From: an uncultured Verrucomicrobiae bacterium
Lineage (GTDB): Bacteria > Verrucomicrobiota > Verrucomicrobiia > Chthoniobacterales > Chthoniobacteraceae
NCBI GenBank assembly: GCA_963769025.1
Contig: CAVYKI010000010.1
Span: forward strand, 352,001 to 416,000
DNA length: 64,000 bases
Direction: 5' to 3'
The notes under the pieces are model-generated. The model saw nothing but the letters and a program-made list of their open reading frames with translations, did no database searches and was not told where the DNA came from. The position numbers and the translations under genes were made by a program. Positions within the stretch are counted from its first letter, which is position 1. Every line of letters starts with the position of its first letter. Below, in pieces: positions 41,778-53,082 of this stretch.

Positions 41778-42049
41778 GGGGACGCTCCACACCGGTCCCT
41801 CCGCTCCGCCCGCGCATAGATCCGCGACGGCACCGTCTCCAGCGCGTGCGCCACGCGCGGGAGGGATTCGTTGTTGATGATCCGCCGCCCCATCTCCCAA
41901 TGCTCCACGGCCTTCGGGTCCACGCCCGCCCGCGCCGCCAGTTCCTCCCGGTCCATGCGCTTCTCCTCCCGCATCTCCGCGATCACCGGCCCCAATTGCC
42001 TGCCCAGCGGCTCCGGCACGCTGGGATTCAATGCCCGTCTCTTCTCCAT
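41774..42049 (-). CDS. XRE-family helix-turn-helix regulator
   Basis: IAEMREEKRMDREELAARAGVDPKAVEHWEMGRR...LPRVAHALE; GGAGG upstream. Confidence 0.82.
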   Translation of the reverse strand: MEKRRALNPSVPEPLGRQLGPVIAEMREEKRMDREELAARAGVDPKAVEHWEMGRRIINNESLPRVAHALETVPSRIYARAERRDRCGASP

Positions 42050-42355
42050 GGCTCCGCCTCCCTCCCGTTCCGCCCGTCACATCACGCCGCCCTCGCGGCG
42101 CAATTTTCCAATCCGCCCCCCGGCATCCCTCATCCCGCGTTTGAATCGGTTCATCGCATCCGGGTCCGGCACGGAACAAGGGAAGGAAGGGCCGGACTCA
42201 TCATTGCGTTCACGGGCGGTCATTTCATTTGCCATGGCAGCATCCCACGCTGGGTGACGCGAGTCTTTTCAAGCAAAATCAGGAGGACGACCGCCGGCGA
42301 AAGACACTATTCAGCCCGTCCCTTGTTCCCTCTCCGCGCATCCCGCCATCCGCCC

Positions 42356-42384
42356 AAAGCGGCAGGGGACTGCCGCACTCCAAA
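42356..42384. repeat. Single REP arm of the 40354 family
   Basis: AAAGCGGCAGGGGACTGCCGCACTCCAAA. Confidence 0.55.
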
Positions 42385-42665
42385 ATGCCCGCCCCGCCTC
42401 AGCCGCCGCTTCTCGTGGTCATCGGGTGCTCTGAGTCGGGCCTGCCGCATCGGCGGAAGCGCCTTTGAAACACGGTCGCAAGCACGATAATTAGTCTGTC
42501 CCTTTTCCCGCTCCACCACGCGATTTCCTCGCAACCCGTCACCTTCTCCATCACCCCGTCCCGCTGCGCCTGAGAAGCGCCGCGGATCCACGGCCGGAGG
42601 CTGTGGGACGTCGAACTGACAGGGCACGCTTATCGGCTGTGCCAGCACGGACGGCGTGCCGCGAC

Positions 42666-44147
42666 TCAGGTTCTCGAATTTGCCCGACCAGCCCTCACCC
42701 GACGGAGCGCCGCGGTTCCGATGCACGCAATGCCAACGAGCGCCATCGTGGGCTCGGGCACCGGAGTCGACGCTATCGGGGCAGCGGCGAGGTCCCCGCG
42801 TCCAGCTTCCAGTGGACTGTAAAAATTGGACATCAACGTGGTACGGCTGAACTCCGACGACATATCGTAGGAGTAAAGGTCGTCTCCGCCACTGGACTGC
42901 AGGGTAACCAGGGCTGCCGGTGTGAGTGGGGAGACTGCCACACCGACGTTGTTTTGGCTGCCGTCTGCCTTCTCCAGCAGAAGCGTCCCGGTGAACGGAT
43001 TCAGACTGTAGATCGAATTCCCCACTACCATGTGAAACTCCCCGTTTATGTCCTCTGCCAGATCGACGCTGTTGCTCAGATCAAACGGGGAGCCCGCAAG
43101 TGTCAGGCCCAAGTCCGAGCCGATGACACCTCCGGTTGACGGGTTGATGCGTAGCAGCGAATTCGCCGTCGCATCCAACGCCCACAGGTCTCCGGCAGCG
43201 GAGAAGGTGGCCCCGCGGATATCCCTGCCGGCAAGCACCGAACCCACGAGGGCCGACGCGCCGGTCACTTTGTTGATGGTAATGAGCGCGCTATCGCTCC
43301 CTTGGATCCGGAAGCCGTAGAGTTCCCCGGCGGCCGACATCGCAAGTCCATCCGCATCGATTTCGGCACCGGAGAGCAGGAGCGGAGCCACATCGAGTTG
43401 GGTGCCTAGGGCATCCACGCCGAAGAGTATTGTTGGCGAAGTGCTGAGGCTGCCAGAACTCGTGCTTTTGATACCGTAATATGCTGGAGTGAATCCGTTG
43501 ATCTGGCTTGCAGTGACAGTTCCGTTGAGCACGACATTATCGATCCTCACGCCATTGGTGTCGCCTGAGAGATTTCCTGGGTCTGCAAAGAAAAGTCGGA
43601 AATCGATCGGTGCCACCACATTCTGAAATGCGGCGGTTGAGAGGCTTTTGGACGCAGTCGCCCAACTTAGGGAGCTTGATGTCGTCACGCTCCCTACGTT
43701 CACCGCAAATCCATCGAGGCTCGTCCGCAGGGCGATATTCATGTCGTTGTTGGCTGTGGACATGCTGTGATCAAACGTGAGCGACGTGAGGTCGATCTCA
43801 TACCCGGCGCGGGGTGTGAATGAAAATCCCATGTATTCGCCATTGTTCACGGCAGTGGTGATAGTTGTCGCTGCCACATCCCCGAACGAAATGTAAATTC
43901 CCGGAAGCGGATTTCCCGCGCCGCTCACTGTGGTGAAGTTTGAAACCAATCCCGGTCCGTCGAGGAAGGCCCCCGCAGTGGAATTTGTATTCGTGTCTGT
44001 CGAGGCTGAGGAATTTCCTGTGAATGGATATCGCGCCAGAACTTCAGCTTGTGCGGAGTTCGAGGAAATAGTTGCGCAGAGGGCGACCAAGCCAAGGAGG
44101 GTCGCGACGCTGCGTCGCAGGACCGTTGGATAAGCGTTGAAATTCAT
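42666..44147 (-). CDS. PEP-CTERM sorting-domain surface protein
   Basis: Signal peptide; Ser/Thr/Gly-rich beta domains; C-terminal VPEP + TM helix + RRVR basic tail. Confidence 0.85.
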   Translation of the reverse strand: MNFNAYPTVLRRSVATLLGLVALCATISSNSAQAEVLARYPFTGNSSASTDTNTNSTAGAFLDGPGLVSNFTTVSGAGNPLPGIYISFGDVAATTITTAVNNGEYMGFSFTPRAGYEIDLTSLTFDHSMSTANNDMNIALRTSLDGFAVNVGSVTTSSSLSWATASKSLSTAAFQNVVAPIDFRLFFADPGNLSGDTNGVRIDNVVLNGTVTASQINGFTPAYYGIKSTSSGSLSTSPTILFGVDALGTQLDVAPLLLSGAEIDADGLAMSAAGELYGFRIQGSDSALITINKVTGASALVGSVLAGRDIRGATFSAAGDLWALDATANSLLRINPSTGGVIGSDLGLTLAGSPFDLSNSVDLAEDINGEFHMVVGNSIYSLNPFTGTLLLEKADGSQNNVGVAVSPLTPAALVTLQSSGGDDLYSYDMSSEFSRTTLMSNFYSPLEAGRGDLAAAPIASTPVPEPTMALVGIACIGTAALRRVRAGRANSRT

Positions 44148-44570
44148 ATCATCAGGATGGTTATGTTGACGGGTCGAGCGAAAAACTGCACTGGCAAAGC
44201 AGATCGCTCGGGCCGTTGCGAATGCAGGGCCCGAGGGAGGAATGTTCCCATTCCGTTCCCCGTGAAATCAGGGTCAGAGGCAGAGGTCAACGCGCTCATT
44301 TTCGCAGACGGGCTCGCTGATATCGGAGGCGCTTTTGGACTGTCAACACCGAAATTCATCGCGAGGGATTACGTCTCGCCGCGGTAAAACCCGGCGTTAC
44401 CGCGTCAATCGGGTGCCGGTGTCGATACCCGTTTTGACACGACGAGGCGGACGCCGTTTTTCCGCTGCTGATCTCTGATGAAGCTCGATTCCCGGTGATG
44501 GCGGCGGTCGAAACCGAGGATGGATGGCTTGTCGGTGCGGGACCGGAACTGGGTTGAAAGCCCCTAAAGT

Positions 44571-44636
44571 GGAATAAGGGACCGGGAACAAGCGGGAACA
44601 AGGGACACAGGAAGGGACAGACTGTCCCTTTTTCCC
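44571..44636. repeat. Cluster of GGAAyAAGGGAC motifs and an AAGGGACAG-A-CTGTCCCTT palindrome
   Basis: Read directly; related motifs at 42173-42183, 42318-42330 and 42494-42509. Confidence 0.5.
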
Positions 44637-44740
44637 TCTTTTCCCTCGAGACGGGGCATCGCGCGGGCCTGTCCGCGTCCCTGTCCCGCGGGCAGGATTG
44701 CCCGTGGCACCTCGCACCGCTTTGGTTTTTCGACAGGCTG

Positions 44741-46463
44741 CTAGTGGTCCTCGCTTGTGACGCGGAGCACTTCCTCGAGGGTCGTGATGCCTTCCTTGCG
44801 CCTTGTCGATGCCGACCATGCGCAGCGATTTCATCCCTTCGCTGATGGCCTGGTTCTTGATCACCGCGGCGCTCGCGCGCTTGATGATCGAGCCGGCGGA
44901 TCGTCTCGCTGATGGGCAGCACTTCGAGGATGGGCGCGCGGCCCGACGTAGCCGCGGCCTTTGCACCGGCTGCACCCGGCGCCGCGATAGAGGGTCGAGC
45001 CGTCGTCTTCGATGCCGAGCTTCGTGAAAATCTCGGGCTCCGGCTGGAACTCCTCCTTGCAGTTCGGGCAGATGCGCCGGACGAGACGCTGTGCGCACGT
45101 GAGGATGACCGACGAGGAAATGAGGAACGGCTCGATGCCCATGTCGTCGAGACGCGTGATGGCGCCGGCGGCGTCATTCGTGTGGAGCGTGGAGAGCACC
45201 TGGTGACCCGTGAGCGCGGCCTTCACCGCGATGTCGGCGGTCTCGTTGTCACGAATTTCACCGATCATCACGATGTCCGGATCCTGACGGAGGATGGAGC
45301 GCAGCGCGCTGGAGAAATCGAGGCCGATGTCGCTCTTCACGGCGACCTGGTTGATGCCCACGAGCTGGTATTCCACCGGGTCCTCGACGGTGACGATGTT
45401 GTAGATCGGGTTGTTGAGCTCGCTGAGGATGGTGTAGAGCGTCGTCGTCTTGCCGGAGCCGGTGGGGCCGGTGACGAGGATCATCCCGTGCGGCGCGTCG
45501 ATCGCCTTCTTGAAGATGCCGAGCGTGTAGTCGTCCAGCCCCATGTTCTCGATGCTGCCGCCGAGGGCGCCCTTGTCGAGGAGACGGATGACGATCTTCT
45601 CGCCGTACACCGTCGGGAGCATGCTGATGCGCAAGTCGACTTCCTTGCCCGAGACGCGGATGCGGAAACGGCCGTCCTGCGGGAGGCGGCGCTCGGCGAT
45701 GTCGAGGCCGGCGAGGATCTTGATACGCGAGGCGATGGGCAATTGCAGCGCCTTCGGCGGCGAAGTCGCCTCGATGAGCGCGCCGTCCACGCGGTAGCGG
45801 AGTTTGATCTCCTTTTCAAAGGGCTCGATGTGAATGTCGGACGCCTTTTCCTTGATCGCCTGGACGAGGATGAGATTGACGATCTTGACGACCGGCGCGT
45901 CCTCGCTGTCCACGCGCCATCTGGTCGAGGTCGATCTCCTGCTTGGCGACCTTCACCTCCTCGACCGTGTCCGCGCGCGGCGGCCTCGGCGGCGTGGCGC
46001 AGCACCTGATCCATCGTCGCGCTCGACTGGCTCACGCCGGAGAGCGCCTCGATCACGCACGTCTCCGTGGTGATCATCGGGAAGATTTCGAGCTTCGTGC
46101 GCTGGCGCAGATCGTCGAGTGCGAGCACGTTCAGCGGGTCGGCCATCGCCACGAAGAGCTTGTTGCCCGAGCTTGCAGACCGGCACGAGCTTGTAGGCGC
46201 GCGCCATGTCCTTCGGGACGAGGTTCATCACGTCCTCCGGGATGCGCATCTTCGAGAGATTGATCGGCGGCGTGTCCAGGCAGCGGCCCATCGAGATGAC
46301 CATGTCCTGCTCGGTGACGTACTTGCTTGTCCGTCAGGATCTTCAGCAGGCGTCCGCCCTGCTTTTTCTGGAGCTGCATGGCCTCGTCGAGCTGGCCGGG
46401 CAGCAGGAGGCCGTCCTCGATCAGGACATCCGCGATTCGTTCACCGAAGGATTTGATGCTCAT
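44741..46463 (-). CDS. pilB: Type IV pilus/T2SS assembly ATPase (PilB/GspE); several frameshifts
   Basis: ASDIHIEP, LDIAERRLPQDGR, GPTGSGKTTT, TVEDPVE, LRQDPD, GEIRD, TGHQVLSTLHTND, CxxC pairs, EVLRVT end. Confidence 0.88.
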
Positions 46464-46479
46464 CTTTGGGCTGTAAAGG

Positions 46480-47440
46480 TTAGCGACGGTAGGAATCGAC
46501 GAGCACCTTCGACACCGCCTCGGGCGAGGCCAGGTGCCACTGGATGTTGTAGTCGAGCAATTGCTGCACGGCTTCCTTGCCGACTGCGTCGAAGGGATTC
46601 GCGAGCGCGACCATCATGCGTCCGCGAGATGATGTCGAACGGGACGATGAGGCGCCCGAGCGTGATCGACTCCGGGAGCATTTTCACGATCTGCCGGTCC
46701 ACGTCGTAGTATTCGACGGGAAGATAGGCGAACTTCGACCGGTCGAGGATTCCGCAGAGCAGATTCTCCATGTCCACGCCGCCGCGGGCGACGAGTTCCG
46801 CGATCAATGAAGCCGCGGGCTGTCCGCCCTGGCGCGCGCCGTTGCGCTTGCGCACCGCCATGAGCGCGGGCGTGAGCACGTCATCGGAGACAAGCCGGTG
46901 CTGGACCGAGGAATTTCGCCAGCGCGTCGTTGCCGTCCTCCGCCTTGTCCAGTTGCTGCGGCGATGGCCGACGCATCGACCGAGCCGCGCGAGCGAGACG
47001 CGCTCGGCGGACTGGGTCATCTTCGTCGCCATCAGGTTGCCGCCATCGGTCACGACACTGCGGAAATCCAAATTGATCGCAGCCTGCATCCGCGCCCGCC
47101 TGGGCCTCGGCGTGGCTGGCGCGCAGCCGCTCCTCGACCTCGCCCGAGCGCGGCGATGATCTCCGAGTTATCCGGGTCGTGCTGCAGGATGAATTCGTAT
47201 TCGAGCAGCGCGCCGGAGAATTGGCCGAGTTCCATGTGGGAATCGGCGAGTCGGCGGGCGACCACGAGTCCCTCGGCTCCGCTGGCCGAGTTTGAAGTAG
47301 GCCTCCTTCAGGATCTCCATGCTCTGCGTATCCTGGGGATTCGCCTGCGTGATGACCTCGAACATCTCGACGGTCTGCTGCAGTTGCTCCTGCTCCTCCG
47401 AAGTGAGCGGCTGGGTTGGGCTGGCTTCTATCGCTGGCAT
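46480..47440 (-). CDS. TPR plus GspE/PilB N-terminal-like domain protein; frameshifted
   Basis: QTVEMFEVITQANPQD..LKEAYFKLG, LADSHMELGQFSGALLEYE, YDVDRQIVKMLPE..IVPFD fragments in different frames; directly upstream of pilB. Confidence 0.6.
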
Positions 47441-47725
47441 TTGCGGACCTGAGATAGCGGAAACCGTGCCCCGCCACGCCGTTCCTCACGCTTCCTTAAA
47501 AAAAATCAATTGCCCGCAGGGAAAACGCGCCCTATCTGGGCCGCGCATGAAATTCCTTCCGCATTGGTGGCTCCCCTAGACGGGCCTGCCCCGCCCTGCG
47601 TGCAAAAGCGCGCGCACTTTGGGCGGGGCGGTCGTCGCCACCGTGCGTCGCCTCTTCCGGCCCGATGATTCAGAAAGCGAATCACCGGGCCTTTTCATTT
47701 TCACCATTCACATTTCACACACCCG

Positions 47726-48107
47726 ATGATCAGCCAGTTCAAATACAACGCCGACGGACTCATCCCCGCCATCGTGCAGGACGCAAAAAGCAAGCGCGTG
47801 CTCATGATGGCCTGGATGAACGAGCAGAGCATCCGCATGACGCTCGAGAAGAAGCTCATGGTCTATTTCAGCCGCTCGCGGCAGAAATACTGGGTGAAAG
47901 GCGAGACGAGCGGCAACGTGCAGCGCGTGCGTGAAGTGGGCCGTGGATTGCGACAAGGACACGCTGCTCTTTGAAGTCGAGCAGACCGGCGGCGCATGCC
48001 ACACGGGCTACGAGTCGTGCTTTTTCCAGGAACTCGATGAACACGGAATGCCGAAGCCGATCGACGAGCAGCCGCTCTTCGACGCGGCGAAGACGTACGG
48101 AGACTAA
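47726..48107 (+). CDS. hisI: Phosphoribosyl-AMP cyclohydrolase; frameshift ~47940
   Basis: [26 protein letters not shown]; shifted frame [18 protein letters not shown]. Confidence 0.9.
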
Positions 48108-48110
48108 GTG

Positions 48111-49635
48111 ATGACCACCCATTTCACCCCCGACCTCGCGACCTTCCGCACGCTCGCGCAGCAGGGCAATCTCATCCCCGTCCACGCCGAGTTCATCGCC
48201 GACGCGGAGACGCCGGTCGGCGCATTCGCGAAGCTCGACGACGGCGGATACACGTTCCTTTTCGAGAGCGTCGAGAAAAGCGAGCAGACGGGGCGCTACT
48301 CGTTCGTCATCGTCGGCCCGCGTGTCGTGATGGAGAGCAACGGGCGCACCGTGCGTATCACCGAGGACGGCGCGACGCGCGAGTTTCAGTCGGAAAAGGA
48401 TCCGCTCGCCGATCTGGAGACGTTCATGGCGCGCTTCCGCTACGTCCCGCTGCCGGATGAGCCGCCGGAATTCCGCACGCGCTTCTCGGGCGGTGCCGTC
48501 GGCTTCCTCGGCTACGATATCGTGCGCTTCTTCGAGCCTAGCGTGCCCGTCGCCAAAGCCGATCAGCTCGGACTGCCCGAGAGCCTCTTCGTGCTCGCAG
48601 AGACGGTGCTCATCTTCGACCACCTCAAGCGCCGCCTGCGCATCGTCGCGAATGCGCTCGTCGAAGGCGACGCGGACGACGCCTACGCCCGCGCGACGAA
48701 AACCATCTCCGACATCGCGGAGAAACTCGCGAAGCCGAGCCAGCTCCCGCCATTCCCCATCACGCCGCCGCCGCCCCCGGCGGAGGCCGTGAGCAACACG
48801 ACGCGCGAGGAATTCCACGCGATGGTCCGCAAGGCGCACGAATACATCCACGCGGGCGACATCTTCCAGGTCGTGCCGTCGCAACGCTTCACGACCGACT
48901 ACACCGGCGACCCGCTCACGCTCTACCGCGCGCTGCGCTTTGTGAATCCGTCGCCCTACATGTTCTGCATGAAGTTTCCCGCAGTCGCCGGACGCGGCGC
49001 ATTCAGCTTCGTCGGCAGCAGCCCGGAGGTGCACGTCCGCGCGGTGAATGGAAAAATCGAAATCCGCCCCATCGCAGGCACGCGCAAACGCGGCGCGACT
49101 CCCGCTGAGGACGACGCCAACGCCGCCGAACTGCTCGCCGATCCGAAGGAGCGCGCCGAGCACCTCATGCTCGTGGACCTCGCCCGCAACGACGTGGGCC
49201 GCGCGAGCGAATTCGCCTCGGTGAAGGTGAACGACTTCATGATCATCGAGCGCTACTCGCACGTCATGCACATCGTCAGCAACGTCGAGGGCCGCCTGCG
49301 CCCCGACCGCTCCGCCTACGACGTGATGCGCGCCACTTTCCCCGCCGGCACCGTAAGCGGCTCGCCCAAGGTGCGCGCGATGCAGGTCATCGCCGAACTC
49401 GAAAAATCCAAGCGCGGCGTGTATGCGGGCGCGGTCGGCTACTTCGGATTCGACGGCAACAGCGACTCGTGCATCGCGCTCCGCACCGTCGTGCTTGAAA
49501 GACGGCAAAGCCCACGTGCAAGCCGGCGCCGGAGTCGTCGCCGACAGCACGCCCGAGGGCGAGTACCAGGAGACCGTGAACAAGGCCATGGGCATGATGG
49601 CCGCCATCGCCCGCGCAAAGAACGCCGCCCAATAA
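48111..49635 (+). CDS. trpE: Anthranilate synthase component I; frameshift ~49500
   Basis: [66 protein letters not shown]. Confidence 0.92.
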
Positions 49636-49646
49636 GGAGAACCACC

Positions 49647-50217
49647 ATGCTGCTCGTCATCGATAACTACGACTCCTTCACCTACAACCTCGTCCAGTAC
49701 TTCGGCGAACTCGGCGCGGACCCGCTCGTGAAGCGCAACGACGAAATCACGCCCGACGAAATCGCCGCGCTGAAGCCCGAGCGCATCGTGCATCTCGCCC
49801 GGCCCGTGCACGCCGAACGAGGCGGGCATCTCGTGCGAGGTCATCCGCCGCTTTGGCCCGACGGTGCCGCTGCTCGGTGTGTGCCTCGGACACCAGAGCA
49901 TCGGCCAGGTGTATGGCGGCGATGTCGTGCGCGCAGGCCGCCTCATGCATGGGAAGACGTCGCCCATTCATCACGACGGCACAGGCGTCTTTGCCGGACT
50001 CCCCTCCCCCTTCGAGGCCACCCGCTACCATTCGTTGCTGGTGAAAAGGGAGACATTCCCAGCGAGCCTCGAGATCACCGCGTGGACCGAGGAGCAGGAA
50101 ATCATGGGCTTGCGCCACCGCGAATTTCCGATCCACGGCGTGCAGTTCCACCCCGAGAGCATTCTCACCATGGAAGGCAAAAAGCTGCTGAAAAACTTCC
50201 TTTCGCTGTCCCGTTAA
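49647..50217 (+). CDS. trpG: Anthranilate/aminodeoxychorismate synthase glutamine amidotransferase component; frameshift ~49790
   Basis: [34 protein letters not shown]. Confidence 0.9.
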
Positions 50218-50297
50218 AAGCACCGGCCCGCGTTTCGTGCGCAATTCGGAAAAGACTGGAGGGACTCAAAACCCATTCCGTCTGCGATTAGGAATGC

Positions 50298-51587
50298 ATG
50301 AAACATCCCCGCTTTGCCGGACCGCCGCGATGGACCCATTTGCTCGGTGCCGCGGCCGTGGGCGGTCTTGCCACCATTTTTGTCGCTCGCAACTTCTTCC
50401 CGGCTGAAAAGAAGGTCCGCAGCCGCATTGTCGCGGATTATCATCCGGGCGACGACACCTTCACCCGGACCATGGGGAACGTCCTCGGGCCGCCCTTGCT
50501 GGAGAAGAACAGGATCACGCCGCTTCAAAACGGCGACGAGATCTTCCCCGCGATGCTGGCGGCGATCCGATCTGCCGAGCGGACGATTACTTTCGAGAAT
50601 TTCCTGATGGCCGAAGGCGCGGTCCTGGATGCATTTGCCGAGGCACTGGCGGAGCGCGCCCGGGCCGGCGTAAAAGTGCACTTCCTCCAGGATGCATTCG
50701 GATCCAACTGCGTCCACGGCCGGGCGATCAGGCATCTCGAACGCTCCGGCGTGGAAGTGGAAATCTACCGGTTCGTGCACTTCACCACGGTGAACTTCAG
50801 GACGCATCGCAAGATTTTGGTCATCGACGGAAAACTGGGGTTCGTCGGCGGGGTCGGCATTTCCGACGCCTGGATGGGCGATGGACGGACGAAAGGACTT
50901 TGGCGCGATACGCACTATCAACTGGAAGGCCCCGCGGTCGCGCAATTGCAGCAGGCATTCATCGACAACTGGCTGGAAACCCGGACGGAACTGCTCCACG
51001 GAGATCTGTACTTTCCGAAACTGGAGCCGGCAGGCGAGCAGACCTGCCATGTCTTCAAAAGTTCAGCAACCGAAGGGTCCGACGGCGCCCGGATGATGCT
51101 GCTGGTTTCCATTGCGGCTGCGCGCAAATCCATCCGCATTGCGAATGCGTATTTCGTGCCGGACGACCTTTGCCGGCGCACGCTGGTGGAAGCCCTTGAA
51201 CGCGGCGTGAAGGTCGAAATCATCACCCCGGGCCCCGACTTCGACGCGGAAACGGTGCGTGCGGTGGGGAAGTCGCGCTGGAAGCCGCTGCTGGAGGCCG
51301 GAGCGCGATTTTACGAATACCAACCGGCCCGCTTTCACTGCAAATATCTGCTGGTGGATGACTGCTGGGCGTCCGTCGGATCGGCAAACCTGGACAACCG
51401 ATCATTGTCTCTGAACGAAGAGGCAAACCTGAATGTGCTCGACCGAAAATGGGTCGAAGCCCACGCCCGCATCTTCGACGAAGACAAAAGTCACTCGCGC
51501 GAAATCCGCATGGGTGACTGGGAGCGCCGTCCTTTCCGGGAGAAAATGAAAGGGAACTTGGCGGTGGTCTTCCGGCAGCTGATGTGA
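50298..51587 (+). CDS. Cardiolipin synthase / phospholipase D family
   Basis: Two HKD motifs HRKILVIDG and HCKYLLVDD; WRDTH, GSANLDNRS. Confidence 0.9.
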   Translation: MKHPRFAGPPRWTHLLGAAAVGGLATIFVARNFFPAEKKVRSRIVADYHPGDDTFTRTMGNVLGPPLLEKNRITPLQNGDEIFPAMLAAIRSAERTITFENFLMAEGAVLDAFAEALAERARAGVKVHFLQDAFGSNCVHGRAIRHLERSGVEVEIYRFVHFTTVNFRTHRKILVIDGKLGFVGGVGISDAWMGDGRTKGLWRDTHYQLEGPAVAQLQQAFIDNWLETRTELLHGDLYFPKLEPAGEQTCHVFKSSATEGSDGARMMLLVSIAAARKSIRIANAYFVPDDLCRRTLVEALERGVKVEIITPGPDFDAETVRAVGKSRWKPLLEAGARFYEYQPARFHCKYLLVDDCWASVGSANLDNRSLSLNEEANLNVLDRKWVEAHARIFDEDKSHSREIRMGDWERRPFREKMKGNLAVVFRQLM

Positions 51588-51608
51588 AATCCGCCTGCTC
51601 GCAGAACA

Positions 51609-52409
51609 ATGAATGAAGCGAATGCCCCAACGCTGCGGGTCGCGACCTACAACGTCCACGGATGCGTGGGCACGGATCGCGAGCGCTCCGAGTCGCGAAT
51701 CGCCGACGTCATCGCCGAGTCCGATGCGGACATCGTCGGGTTGCAGGAGCTGGATCTGAGTCGCCGTCGTTCCGCCGGAGTCGATCAGGCCGCGTTGATT
51801 GCCGGGCAGCTTGGCTGGCACCGCTATTTTCACCCCGCGATGCGCATGGGCGATGAGCACTACGGCGACGCCATCATGAGCCGCTTCCCACTGACCCTGC
51901 GACGGGCGGGCGAGTTGCCGGGTGTGGGCGCCCTCCTTTGTCGGGAAAAGCGCGGGGCGATCGCGATGGATGCCGACACCCCTCTCGGCGTCGTGCGCAT
52001 CATCAATACGCATTTCGGTCTGGGCTGGAACGAGCGTCTGCATCAGGCGCGCGAACTCATCCGCTCCGAGTGGCTGGAAATGGGCTCGCCCGACAGTCCG
52101 TTGATCCTGCTCGGCGATCTCAACAGCCTGCCAGGCTCACGGCCCTTTCGCACACTCACGGCGCATCTTCGGGACGTGAGGGGCTTGGTCCATCCCGCCA
52201 GGCCCCTGCGCACCTTCCCGACATTTTTTCCGCTTCTCGCGCTCGATCACATCCTGATCAATTTCGCGGTGCGTCCCCTGCGCGTGGATGTTCATCGGTC
52301 GCCTCTCGCCCGAAAAGCGTCCGATCACTTCCCACTCATCGCGGAACTCGCCCGGGTACCGCTGGAACAGGCCGCGGTGCCGCTTTCACGGAAACCGCCG
52401 AACGGCTGA
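51609..52409 (+). CDS. Endonuclease/exonuclease/phosphatase family (YbhP-like)
   Basis: TYNVH, LQE, GDLN, LDHI, SDHFPL. Confidence 0.88.
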   Translation: MNEANAPTLRVATYNVHGCVGTDRERSESRIADVIAESDADIVGLQELDLSRRRSAGVDQAALIAGQLGWHRYFHPAMRMGDEHYGDAIMSRFPLTLRRAGELPGVGALLCREKRGAIAMDADTPLGVVRIINTHFGLGWNERLHQARELIRSEWLEMGSPDSPLILLGDLNSLPGSRPFRTLTAHLRDVRGLVHPARPLRTFPTFFPLLALDHILINFAVRPLRVDVHRSPLARKASDHFPLIAELARVPLEQAAVPLSRKPPNG

Positions 52410-52438
52410 CGCGGGGGCCGGGATGGAAAGATCGGCCC

Positions 52439-53038
52439 TCATTTCGGCGCCGAGATCGCGATGTCACCGGGCGAGTTCCAATTCGTGAACAGCCGCGTGG
52501 CCGCCGCTTCGACCGGAAAGATGGTGACGAGAGTGCGGGCCGCCAGTGTGCGAACGAAGCCTTCGAGTTTCCGCTCGCCGGCACGCAGGCAATCGTCGGC
52601 CACCGGGAGCGCGGCGCCGGGATAGACGGCGGCAAGCGATTCGAAGCGGGCCGGCCTCCTTCCGTCGGCCGCTACGGATGGGACGATGCCCTTCGCGGAG
52701 CGCCGCGATTCGGCGAGCAGCGAACACAAAAATTCCGCCGTCATCGCGGGCATGTCGACGGCGAGGACGAGGAGGCGATCGCTTTTGCAGCGGCGGAGTG
52801 CGGTGGCGATGCCGCCTAGCGGGCCGCAGTCGGGAAATTCGTCGGCGAGGATTTCGACTCCCGCATTCGCGTACGGACCGTCGCTTTTTCCGGAGATGAA
52901 AAGCTCCGCGGGATCCGTGGCGCGCAAAGTGGCGAGCTGGCGCTGCCAAAGCGGCTCACCGTCCACGGGCAGCGCGGACTTGTCGCGGCCCATGCGCGAG
53001 GATTTTCCACCGGCGAGCAGCACCGCGGCGTGTGACAT
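52439..53038 (-). CDS. mobA: Molybdenum cofactor guanylyltransferase
   Basis: LAGGKSSRMGRDK, GPLGGI, AVDMP, NWNSPGD. Confidence 0.9.
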   Translation of the reverse strand: MSHAAVLLAGGKSSRMGRDKSALPVDGEPLWQRQLATLRATDPAELFISGKSDGPYANAGVEILADEFPDCGPLGGIATALRRCKSDRLLVLAVDMPAMTAEFLCSLLAESRRSAKGIVPSVAADGRRPARFESLAAVYPGAALPVADDCLRAGERKLEGFVRTLAARTLVTIFPVEAAATRLFTNWNSPGDIAISAPK

Positions 53039-53082
53039 GGATTCCGTTTGAGCGCACGCGCCACGCGGCGCAAGCTCCGGAT

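Noticed and set aside
39688..44147. Prophage or IS element
   Set aside because: No integrase, transposase, terminase, capsid or replication gene is identifiable.
47726..50217. Programmed frameshifting or a real trpE-trpG fusion
   Set aside because: The 48108-50291 ORF is produced by an indel near 49500; trpE has its own stop at 49635 and trpG its own AAGGAG RBS and ATG at 49647.
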